Shown: positions 1-10,905 of the stretch, piece by piece
Numbering within the stretch: position 1 is the first letter of the stretch
Layout of the letters: each line of letters starts with the position of its first letter
From: Ramazzottius varieornatus
Lineage: Eukaryota; Animalia; Tardigrada
Length of the DNA: 64,000 nt
Direction of reading: 5' to 3'
NCBI GenBank assembly: GCA_001949185.1
Contig: BDGG01000006.1
Coordinates: forward strand, 1,408,827-1,472,826
The notes under the pieces: model-generated
Seen by the model: only the letters and a program-made list of their open reading frames with translations
Database searches by the model: none
What the model was told of the DNA's origin: nothing
Made by a program: the position numbers and the translations under genes

Positions 1-79
1 CTAACTGTGTGCCACTTCTATTAGAGAAAGGCAATTGAGTATCTGAAAAGCGTCCAACTTTAACTGTGCTCATGCTGGG

Positions 80-2976
80 CGTCATCAGCATCTCACATTG
101 CAAAATCTTTCTGAATATCACATGCCACATGCCGGCCCAAAGGACCAACTTTGGGCTTTTGTAGCCGCAACATGACTGTCATTATCCCCCTGCCATGAGC
201 AAAATCACGTTATGTACCTCTGTAATTTCAACACGCTGACAATCTGTGTCTTGCCACCAGTATCGTTCTGGACAGCCGTCCTGGCAATCGACACACTCGA
301 AGGGAAGCAGTGGAAGAACGAACCAAAAATCTTGGACAAGCCTTGTGCCTTGAACTCTTGGTTGGGGTCCAGTGCGTAGCTGTTCTTGTTGGCGAACAAC
401 GTACCCAGAGTGATACTGATACACAGCGTGACGACTGCTATAGCAAAAATGTCGCCTATGACAGCGCCCACATCGAATGGAATCGGCATGCCAGTTGGGA
501 TGTGGTGGATGGTGTGGACGCCGTATTTGTGTTCAAGGTTCAGAAGGTAAGAAATGAGTGTGCCGAAGACGACGACGATGAGTTCGCCGGGTATCGGTAT
601 TTTGACCCAGCGCATCACAGCTCGACTAGCGTTGAGGTGGAGCTTGATGATTACCAGGAAGCCGACGGTAATGAAACCGATGATCATGGTTGGAACGTGG
701 AGCGTGTCAAGCACGGAGAAGAAGTTCACGTATGTCTGAAAGATACAATGTGAAGCAAGCCTTCAGATACTGGAACCTACTTCGGAAATACCTTGATAAG
801 CTTGAAAGCACCGTAGTAGTCATGAAGTCCCCTGACACCGAACACCATCTTCAGCTGGTTGGTAAAGACATGGATAGCGGCTCCACATGTGAATCTGGAC
901 AGGAGGCAAAACCTTCCTAGCAGAAGAAAAATTTGGATGCGGTCTATCTCTTAAGAGACCCACCCTTGGACTAGCTGGTCAGAAAAGTGAACGACAAGTT
1001 CACCCGTTCCCAGCAGCCCAGAAGCCAGCTGACAGCAGCCGACTAGAAGGGCTACTCCTGTGGCGATATGCACTTAATGTTCTTCCGCGATGGTGTACTG
1101 AGGAGACCCATTGGCCAACTCGTTGTATTCGGGATAAACCAACTTGCCGTTAGAGTCTTCAAGAAACAGACCGTATTGTCGGATGATTTTACTGGTCATC
1201 AGACTGGTGATGGCGTCCGGACCTATCGCAGAAATTCTACGTACATTTCATCTTGGTAAAGTTCTCTTTATATGGAAATATCTGCGTCTTCGTACCAAGC
1301 GAGCATTGTCGGGAGGAAGACATCAGGAAGTAGACGAGCAAAGGAAAGAAAGACACGTAGAGTCCAGTAACAGGAGGACACAGTGCGATCAGCGCACACG
1401 CCACGCCCTGTGGTGTATTCAGGAGCCCAGTCGTAAGACCTGTAACATTCTGAATGGTGCTTCTTTTGTCAAGGTTTAAGAGTTTAACAAGCAAGCTTCA
1501 ATTCGTTAACACCCCACTATCATACGGTACTGATATCGCAGTCTACCGTCGCCGTCGGCGACAAAGAAGTAAATTTACTTTTCGAAAACGAGCGAGTTGT
1601 GCTTCACTTTTTTGGCAGGACGAAAAAGTCGGCGAGCAAGTCGGTCCTCCATCGGTACTTCGGTAACCAGTCCGCTACCGGTAGCCACCGACGGACGAAA
1701 CGAAGAGCACTTCGCTCATGAAAATGGCGATTGCTAAATCTTCGGGTCCGAAATTTCGCCACGTTCTGTTTGATGTTTTGCCATGGTGTTAATGGTGCTC
1801 CTGGTTCGCGCAACCCGTTGGCCAAGTCGAACCTGTTGCAACGTAAGACTGAACACTGAAATACGTTTGTAGCCGTCACACTGGTTACCTTGTTGGCCTC
1901 CAACAAGTACAAGGTAGCAGGGTAACACGTTCTGGGAATTTTGGCAACTTGTTACACACCAACTGTTTTCCGCATTTAGTGACGCCAATTTAGACGGTCA
2001 AGGATAGAGTACTGTATATTCTGTGGCATGAGATGTACCTGAACCACTCTGCTCATCAAAAAGGTTTCCAGTTTCACCGGTATTGACTCCAATAATCGTT
2101 CTATTGTTGGATAGTCAGTCATCTTCTGCCCTCTCCGAAAAGTCCAACAGCTCTCAACAAGTCGAACAGAAATTTCCAAACTTGTCGTCTCGGCCCGTCG
2201 GCCTGCCAGACTTGTTACCGAACCACGTCATACTTGTTGGAGGACCCTTCAGGCTCGTTGTGGGATTCCTTGAAGTTGTCACCGGACCCGTCCATCTTAC
2301 TACTATAGCCACACGCTGCCTTACGTCGTTTTTTTTGTAGTATGAAAGGGACGTCGCGCGAGTCGGTCTACCGTTTTACAGTGCGAGCTGGACTAATCCT
2401 CGTCCCTCATAGACCGATGCATCGCAGCACCGGTTGGAAGAAAGCTGATTGCGGCCTGTTGCCGTCAGGAGCTAGTCAGGACTGTATCTCTGAGGTGTGA
2501 AGAACGGCTCCTGTGCTGCTTACCTTTTTTCTTCGTTTCTCATCAGATGGGCTCGTCTAACAACAAGATAAATATTTACGGTAACAGATTCCAGGGATCC
2601 GGTAACAAGCTTGAAGGGCCGAGGATAAAACTCCAGCTCATCGGTAACAAACCAGACGTAATCTGTAACAAGTTGTAAACTTTTTAAACACAATGTACTG
2701 GTTGCAGGCGTAACCAAAACTCCAACCTTCAACAAGGTAACAAGTTTGCCGGCTACACGTGTCTCGAGAATGCAACCCATACCATCTGCCAGTTACAGTC
2801 AGATCAACCCACAAGTAAAAAACTGTCAGGTAGCAAATCTGTGATCGGGTTTCACCTTGGTTGATCGTATACAACGCGGTTGATCTAAAGGCGAGCGTCA
2901 GGTAGCGCCGACGTAGTTGCAGGATTGCGAGATGCATGATATTGTCGACGACAAAAACATGGACTTTCTCCGACAT
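80..2976 (-). pseudogene. SLC26 (prestin/pendrin-like) anion transporter pseudogene, multi-exon
   Basis: Exon translations include INRVVYDQPR|FD, WLPKYRWRTDLLAD, GLTTGLLNTPQGVACALIALCPPVTGLYVSFFPLLVYFLMSSSRQCSLG, FTCGAAIHVFTNQLK, DPNQEFKAQGLSKIFGSFFHCFPSSVSIARTAVQ and RLQKPKVGPLG. In-frame stops at 2885-2887 (TAG) and 1074-1076 (TAA, EEH*VHIATG); the frame collapses near 205 before the STAS domain. Confidence 0.85.
1862..2762. mobile_element. ~900-bp foldback/MITE-like element in the first intron of the SLC26 pseudogene
   Basis: TGTAGCCGTCACACTGGTTACCTTGTTG (~1869-1895) is the inverted complement of CAACAAGGTAACAAGTTTGCCGGCTACA (~2730-2757), with about 3 mismatches. Degenerate 21-bp GGTAACAAG-based arrays lie in opposite orientation at ~2180-2300 and ~2559-2680. 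Confidence 0.6.
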
Positions 2977-3169
2977 TTTCAGCGTTGGACAAACGGAAAA
3001 TCGCTGGCAAACACTTCAAGATTTCAGTCTGTATCAGTCATCACGGCAGACTAGAAGGGAGATCAGAGATCCGAGAACGACGATCGAACTATGTTTCGCT
3101 GCAGACGGAAAATTCCGAACTAACAGTGTTTAAACAAGCGAGAAATTTGAGGAAACAATAGTTTTTTGG

Positions 3170-4914
3170 TCGGAACCATTGAGTGTTTGCGCATTTTTGT
3201 GATAAATTTTCGGATTCGTTGTTTATTTGCCTGAAGCTGTCCCACAATTTGAGTTTTGATAGTTGTTCAACGAGTTCTGAGTTCGAGTCCGGTGGATTTC
3301 AGCAAGCGCAAAACTGAGCCGTGCATGACGCACTAATCGCCTTCGTTTTCTAGTGACGGCGCTGGCAGAAATACGATAAAATACGGTACGATATTTTCGA
3401 TAAAGTATTCGCGGATATCGTATCGTGCTTTTCGATATCTCTGCCATATCGATATTTCGATATCGATATTTCCTGGATATCGTGTTTCCGTTATATCCAG
3501 TTTTATTGCTTCGATTGACATGTATTGATGTTTCAAACGATGTTTCAAACGATGTTCCCGCGGGGCCGGAAAACATGGTTTTACTAATATTCCAACAGCT
3601 TTTGGACCTCGGGAAGGGAGATGTTTCATAAATTAGAGACCTGGGCCGCAGGTCCAGAAGTACGCTGTATCTGCACTGCGTTAGCTCACAGGCCGCTGCA
3701 CGCTGCGGTGAGCTGCACAGATTTATCGCAAAAATATTTATCACAAAAATGCGCAAACACTCAATGGTTCCGACAAAACTAAACACGCCTGTGAAACTGC
3801 GCCGCAGGTCGCGACCAAATCTGTTGCAACTGCGCTGCGTACCGGTAGATGAGACCAGTCTTGCGGAGCTATTTAGCTCGTTTAGCTCATTTCGCCTTTC
3901 TTCTACGAGGTTTTTACAAAAAGCTCATCCAGGCTCGTGCGCTGCACAACCCTGTTTTGCGTTTTCGTAGGAAAAAAGACAGATTTAGCTCGCGAGCTAA
4001 AACGAGCTAGATAGCTCCGCAGCTCTGGATTAGACTAAATTTACGGAAAAATCAGCAGTTTATGTGGTCCAGTTGACAAGCGCAGTCGTAAGACTTGAAA
4101 AGCTGGGTACTCTCTCGTTTACTTGCCCTGCGCTCTGAGCCTTGACGCGGCCCGCCGCGCTTCGCTGCACATGTTCTGCCAATCCCACGCTGTAACTGCG
4201 CTGCTGCGAAGTGTAGTTGCAGAGCGGCGCAGCACAGCACACGCGGCCCGATCCGGTCTCTAGCTTAAATCGACTGTGCTTCTGATCGAGCCCGCCATGG
4301 AACAAGTGTAGCAGTCTGGAATTTTTCGGTTTGGTGGTCGAAATCTGCCAATTTTGCACCTTTTGCGGTCAAATTTACTGATGTGCTGCTAAATAGGGTC
4401 TGCCAGAGCGGGGGACATAGCTTCAACCGGTTGTTGATTGCGTTTCGCTGACCAATAGGTAGGGCAGATATGGTATACGTCATTTGTACATGGTATATAG
4501 TACGTAATGCGTAATTTAATGTACGTAAAGTGAATGTATTTCACTGCAAAAACCTGGACGACGTGGTTTGAACCCAGTCTATGTGTGGTTGGACTCTTCA
4601 TTGCGTGTACATCACTCATCATCTGGTTCGACTACCTTTTTCATCAGTTTGTGCTTCTGGCAGGCCGTGTCCAAGTGGTGGCCCCCTTTGGCAGCATTTG
4701 TATGGTCGAAACTCGCAAAACTGAACCATCGAAACATCGAAATATATTCGATATCTGCCGATGCCATATTAGCCAATATCTCATCGAACTTGCGATATTC
4801 TTCCGCTATCTGTATTCAATACGACATTTTCACGATACAGTATCGCAGTGGTATCGATCTATATATCGATACGATACGATACGATACGATGATATCTTAC
4901 TTTTGCCAGCACTA
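3170..4914. mobile_element. Cluster of nested/interleaved non-autonomous repeats (MITE-like)
   Basis: Perfect 38-bp inverted repeat 3170-3207 / 3736-3773. TAGAGACC..GGGCCGC at 3634 versus GCGGCCC..GGTCTCTA ending at 4262, with GCTGC-rich subterminal repeats. A nested GCGGAGCTA(T/C)TTAGCTCG inverted pair spans ~3863-4021. CGATA-rich elements in opposite orientation at ~3351-3560 and ~4720-4914. Confidence 0.7.
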
Positions 4915-4946
4915 TCCAATTAGCACAGCGACTACCTGCGATAATA

Positions 4947-5335
4947 CAGGGTGTGCCGGTCTGCCCTATAAGTTGGTACGATTTTGGTCTTGAGTAAAAG
5001 AAGCAGTGCTTGCACCTCTTCGAGAATTCGTTTCCAGCGACGTCCAGCTATAAAAAACATTGTGTGAAATTCTTGTCGAGGTGTCGTGCTCCAGAAGGAG
5101 GATACCGGGGAAAACGCGAACTACGGTAGGTGGAGATCAACTGAGTGGGTAAGCAAAATTTACGGCGTATGTCTTTGGACAATAATCAAACGATCAGTGA
5201 TTTGTTGGGGAGCCCTCCACAAAACTTCAAGACGAAGGCATGCTCTATCCAGTGAACTGGATTCTGGAAGTTTATAGCTAGAAGCGACTTTACCATGAAT
5301 TTTCAAATTCGCTCGAACTTGTAGGGAACACCCTG
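4947..5335. mobile_element. Tc1/mariner-type MITE
   Basis: TA-CAGGGTGT...CCTATAAGTT at the left end; AACTTGTAGGGAACACCCTG at the right end (degenerate TIRs); no coding capacity. Confidence 0.5.
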
Positions 5336-5501
5336 CATACCAAGAATGGCAGAGTGTTGGTAGTAAGCGGTTAGTGTACGTTCCGAAAGCTGTTTACATG
5401 TGTATAAATTCTAAGTGTCTTGCATGCCGATTTAAGAATCAAAAAACGACACGAGAAGTTTCTCTTGAATACAGCGAATCAACAGTAAGCTGCTAACGAA
5501 G

Positions 5502-8060
5502 TTACGCAGAGCGGCGGAAAAACTTCAACATAGCTCGTCGAACATCTGTTAACGTCATAGTGAAAAGTATGGGATCCATTACAGACGGGACAGCTAGCAT
5601 CAAATTGAACGGAGCCAACACGGAAGGGATGTCTATCTGCGTAATGAACCACCAGGTAACGTAGACTTGCTGAGGCGTGTGAAAAAGTAGGACACAAGTC
5701 GTCATCAGCGTCAACACCAGGAAGCGTTGTCCACAGAACGGCCTTCGTCGTTTTTGTCTGACCTTCCCAGTTGTGGACCGCGTTGCTCGGGAAGCCCGCG
5801 TGGCTTCGTTCGTGATCCCGATGGAGGTGCCTCCGGTTCCGTACTGGGGAAAAATGGTGGACACTTCCATCCTGACTCTTCCCCTTCTAACCACCGACCC
5901 TAAATGAAATCGGCAGAAAGTAACCGTAACTTGCAAGAATTTCGATCTGATGCAAGGCATATGAGCAGATGAAGTGACACAGATCATTCACTTTGGTGAC
6001 GGACGTCTACATTGTTATTAAGGCCATTATGGACGATGGACTCCATTAACAGGAAAACAATTTTATCTGAGGAAGCTGTGACAAATTTCGATATCTAGAC
6101 TGCTAACAGGGTAAACAGAAAACTTGCAGAGGATGCTCAAGTGGGTTGGAACACCCACCGTTGTTCATATTTCGGCAAAATAAAAAATTGATTGAAAGTC
6201 GTCGATTCCGCCTAACATTTGAGGCGTCAGTCCGATATGCCTTAAAGTTTTTGATGAGGTGGATCGGAGGAATTCCAGACACATGCATCCGATTTGAATC
6301 AGGAAGTCTAAAACTGAGCGCAGGAGAAATCGGTAAAAGCTTTGGAGCCTTCCAGCTGCCCCGTTTTCTGACCGATTTTGCTGGAGCGGATGCATGTTCC
6401 GGGGACATAACCCAACTTAGAAAATCCGACTGAAAAAACCTAGATTTCGTCAACGATGCAGCAGATTTGGTCATAAAACTGAATCTGATATATACGAGCT
6501 TACGCGTGCATAATTACTCCACAAACGGATCGCTCAAGCAAACGAACATCTATATTCCACCTAAGGCGTTAAGACTTGAAGTGTGCGCAGGTTCTTGATT
6601 TATCCCCCCCCCCGGAATTTCAGGTACGACTGCACTGGGAGTTTTGACCAGTCACTTTTCAACCGTACCTGTTCTCAAACCCGAGGCTTATTGCCTCTCC
6701 TCACTCTACAAATTTGTATGGATAACTGACCGACAAACGGGATTTTGGAATTCCAAGTTTTCGCGATGACGTTTTGGAAAAGGAAAATAATCATATAGGA
6801 ATATCAAGAATTCTTTTCCTGTTTTCTATTCCAAGGGCAGGTGGCCTGGAATTTTAAACATCGCTGACATAGCAGTAATGCCAAACAGCGGTGGCGCTGT
6901 CGTCGAACGAGACTTCCGGCGCTGGGTCTTCGAATCGAGTCTGCGGGCCCACCGTGATCGATTTGATATCGGATCAAAATTTACATGGTACCGAAAAACT
7001 CGGCTTATGTTCTAATACCAATACCTCTTTTGCAAGAATAACCGCTAATTTCCGAAAACTAAACGTCCATACTGCCCTTGACCAAACGTGTGTGCCCCAT
7101 GGTAGGAAAATCTTGTTCAGTTTGTGCCACGTGGCACACGTCTCCGTTGTTACTGGCTACAGCCGTGCGCCACTTGAAAATACCAAATTGGGGACTTTCT
7201 TTGTTCATTCAGGTTACTGACATTTCTTGTCTCACTGGTGGAAAGAGTGCGACACTTGGAAACAAAATCTAGATCAGTTCATCTGCCCATTTTCAATGTG
7301 TCATCGACTTGCGCTTTTAACCTTCGTCCTCCTCGGAAAGCCTTGCGGCTGGTTGTACTCTTGCATTTTTCAGCAAGGTGGGTGAATTTCTCGTTGCGGT
7401 TTTGTAGACAATGAAGAAATAGTTAAGAGCAATGAGCATCAGTGGTACGTCAAAGTTCAGTATTTGAGTCGATTCTCCCCAGTCAAGTTGCTCTGCGACG
7501 TTGAACTGGCATCCGTCAGTCTCAAGTGGAGGTCTATAGTACAGTGCGTCGAGGACCACACCCGGAAACAGACATGCATGAAGGTAGACCCACATACCCA
7601 CACAAATCTTGATCGCCAAAGAACGGCTATGGGTGGTCCGGTAGGACATCGGAAAGGTCACTGCCCATAAACGGTTTAGGATGATAAGAAGGTGGCAGTT
7701 ACCCATGGAAGCGTTGAGCACGAAGAAGCCGTACAGGTACAGAGTGCAGACATGAGTTCCCAACCACCAGTGATTACCGTTTACTTGACGGAAGATATCC
7801 AGCGGGTAGAAAAGGAATAAGTTGGATGAGTTAGCTAACAACAAGTTGATCAGATAAACGTTGAAAGGAGTAATCAACGTGCTGCGGTTCCTGATGAAGA
7901 CAAGAAGCGCGGTGGAGTTAGTGATGATACCGGCGGCTGTGATGATAAGGGACAATAAGGAAGCATAATCCCAGTGAGGGCCAGTACCGGCTGAGGTTTC
8001 ATTACTGCTGATATTGTTAGAACAGGAAAAGTTTCTGGACGAGATATCGTTTGGCGACAT
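5502..8060 (-). CDS. Orphan class A (rhodopsin-like) GPCR, 2 exons: complement(join(5502..5899,7322..8060)), 378 aa
   Basis: N-glycosylated N-terminus, TM1 GIITN, TM2 FNVYLINLLLAN, WWLG..VC, TM3 LNRLWAVTFP (DRY variant NRL), TM6 FHTP, TM7 MDPILF. The phase-1 GT donor (7321) and AG acceptor (5900) join in frame: 739+398=1137 nt. Confidence 0.85.
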
Positions 8061-9581
8061 GTTTACGAGTTAGCTGACATAGAGAAACGTTCCAAGTCTG
8101 ACATACGAACCTTTCGTGAGGTCTGGAACCCTTCTACCCATGTGAGAAATCGAAGGTGTGGCTGCAGACGACAGTCTGGGGTGATGATGTAATTGGGCGG
8201 AAGTGCTGCTTGGACTGTAAAAGCATGTCTTGTTGCGTCTGCGTGACCGAATGCTTTCATAAACCTGACTTTGAGTTAATAAACTCCATCCTTACATACC
8301 GGACTGTTTCGCTTATCAGATTAGTTGCATGCTTGAGTCTCTGGTACAATGACATGCGCTCCTGTCACCTGGAGCGTGTTCGATCCTGTTGAGAAACTCC
8401 CTAAATCAAGGAGGCACGAAAGGTTCTCGATCGGAGAAGTGCATTGATTACTGGTCTAATCACCAAGAAGTGCGTTTGATCTGTCCTGAAATTCGGCTAT
8501 CGGATGTCGCCGCCCAGTTGGCACAAACCCTTTCACCTTTCCATTAAATCCAGCAGTTAAGAAGGACTTCTGTTGTAGTTATACTATATAAAGTCCGAGG
8601 GTGCCAAGTGACCATCACCCAATAATTAGGGCGTTCTTGACCGAGTACTTGCTCAACGTCGAAACTAGTTTTCTTGGTTTAATATCCTCTTTGCCACCTC
8701 TTGAAAAACTACTGGCCAGATACCAGCTTACCTTAAACCGCATTTGGCATGGAACCGGGCCGCATATGAAGCGTAAACTGCTGCCAACTTTTGCAAGTTT
8801 CAGGTTTTCTTAGTCTCAGTATTTCTCAGTCAACTATTCAGGCAGTATCTTTGCCGCAGAGGAGGGTTTCCCGGCAGAGGGGCTAAATTTTATACTTTTA
8901 ATTCACGTGCCAAGTTTCTTTGGCTTTTCTGTGATGTTTTTCGGGTTCGAATGACAAGCTACATGGTTCTACATGCGTTGTAATTCGATTAGGGCACGAA
9001 AACCGAATATGAAATCGCATTTTGTTCGGGACAAAGTGTTTTGCTCACCGGAAGTAATACTTATTGACTGTCCTAAACCATTTCTCAACCGACGTGGATG
9101 TGCTATATTTCAGTGGAAGCAACCTGAAAGTGAAGAGTGTGAAGGACTGGTTGAAAAATAATCGGTTGTCTCAGCTGGATTATACAGAAAACATAATTAA
9201 TAGCATCACTTTGTACAGCATGCGCGAAACGAGCGTCTCTGTGGGAAAATTATATCCAGCACTAGACTACATGCCTCATTGAAAAAAGTCTCCATTATTC
9301 AGATATCGATTTAGTGACAGGTTAGTATATGACTATAATCCGCTTTTCGTGTTCGACATTGGACAAACTATTAGAGCCTCCCTCGAGGCCGATTCTTGCC
9401 TGCCAAGTAAATATCCTACTATGCAGACGTAGCTAAGTCATCATAGTAGTACATGTACTATATGTCGCAGCGTTCTTTGGAACTGGGAACGAGAACGAGA
9501 GATTTAGGGATGCCGAGAGGTGGACAGGGGAAACCGAGCGTGGGGAAATGGTGGGACCACTCATGACGTCACTCGGAAGCT

Positions 9582-10905
9582 CTACTGCCGTCGAAAGGAC
9601 TTCAGGAGCGCTTGGCGCAAGTCGGCGAGCGTGATAGCGAAGAGTAGGGGGTTCAGGACGGTAGGGATGGCCATCAGCAGGACAAGGGTGCCGCCCAAAC
9701 TAAAGTCATCTTGAGTGATGAGCCACATCGTGTCTTGGACCTGCTCTGGGGTATGGCAGATCAAAATAAGCAGCATCATCAACGTCAGTACTAGAAAACG
9801 CTGTCCGCATACTGGAATGCTCGGGCACCCGAATCTTGACTTCTTCTCATCGGACATCGGTGGTGTAGTCTTGCTTGTGCTGAGTTCTACCGCGTTGGAG
9901 ATGAGAGTGTCGGCGCCATCGGTAGTGTTCTTGGTAACAGTTTGAATTTGATTCTCCACGGGAGCGCTGACCCTTTTTCCGTTGGACAAGGTGGCTGTCA
10001 TGAGGTGGAACTGCTTTAGGGCGTTCGTTATGCTCTGTACAGATTCAGAATATCCTACCGGCAGTCTGGATCTGCTGAACTCTCTTTGACTTGTCGAGGA
10101 ACCTCTTGACTCTTCGTAGTTGACTGCGATCAAGACAATTGGGAGGTCGTAACCTTGGATCTGAACAAACGCGGTCCAGTGGGACTGAGTGGTCGTGGCC
10201 TCAGCATTCAAGCTGCACCCGCTGGTTTCAACGGGCAACCGCTAGTAAACTGCATCAGTGATGACACCGGGCCACAGGCAGCGTCATGGCGCCCCCTAGC
10301 TGTTACTTTTTAGGCTCAATTAACGAAATGTGATCAAATCGAAATTAATTTAATCGAAGGCACCATTGATGACGTAATTTTGAGGCTGAAAAATAACAGC
10401 TAGGGGGCGCCATAACGCTGGCACTGCACCGGGCAGTAGTGTCAGATGAAAATAGACATGGCCAAACAGATGAGGATTGTCGGTGTCGATTTCGGTAGGA
10501 TATGGGAAAGTTTACAGCCCACAGACGACTGATGGTTTTCAAAAGGTGGCACTGGCCCATGGAAGCGTTCAGCGTGATCAACTCGTTGAGGTGTAGTGTG
10601 AATGCTGAATTTCCCAGCCACCAGTAGTTACCGTAGGCTAGATGGATGACATTCAAAGGGAAAACCAGTAGCAAATTCAGCAGGTTAGCAATCAGTAGGT
10701 TGACTAGATAGATATTGAATGGTGTCAACAAGGTTGAGCGGTTCTTGACGATGACGAGGAGCACAGGCCCATTGGTGAGGATCCCGGCGATCGTGATGAT
10801 GGACGATAAAACGGGCACGTAGGTGCAGTTGGGTTTCCCTATCTCGGTCCCATTAAAGCTGTAGTTCCCGATGACAAACGAATCATTAACCGGAAATGCA
10901 TCCAT
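9582..10905 (-). pseudogene. Pseudogenised tandem paralogue of the 5502-8060 GPCR
   Basis: Clearly homologous motifs (TPFNIYLVNLLIAN, SRLWAVNFPISYR, GQRFLVLTLM, LNPLLF). Frameshift after TM3, MITE inserted in TM4 (10279-10420), and in-frame TAG at 10242-10244 (CLWPGVITDAVY*RLPVETSGC versus CLFPGVVLDALYYRPPLETDGC). Confidence 0.85.
10279..10420. mobile_element. 142-bp MITE with ~41-bp imperfect TIRs inserted in the GPCR pseudogene
   Basis: CAGCGTCATGGCGCCCCCTAGCTGTTACTTTTTAGGCTCAA ... TTGAGGCTGAAAAATAACAGCTAGGGGGCGCCATAACGCTG around an AT-rich core; no clean TSD seen. Confidence 0.8.

Noticed and set aside
1074-1076. Stop-codon readthrough or recoding in SLC26 (also the GPCR TAG at 10242)
   Set aside because: Both loci carry additional frameshifts or insertions, so pseudogenisation is the simpler explanation.
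2559-2680. 21-bp periodic array as a CRISPR or ice-binding-protein gene
   Set aside because: No identical repeats with unique spacers and no cas genes in a eukaryotic context; the frame is short, stops early and lies within a foldback element.
3223-4993. ORFs rich in R/Y/I/D/S (187, 129 and 141 aa)
   Set aside because: Translations of CGATA/GCTGC repeat elements, not genes.
6891-7220. ORF starting ALSSNETSGAG, resembling the GPCR N-terminus SSNETSAG
   Set aside because: Short chance similarity on the opposite strand within an intron, with a GTG start and no extension.
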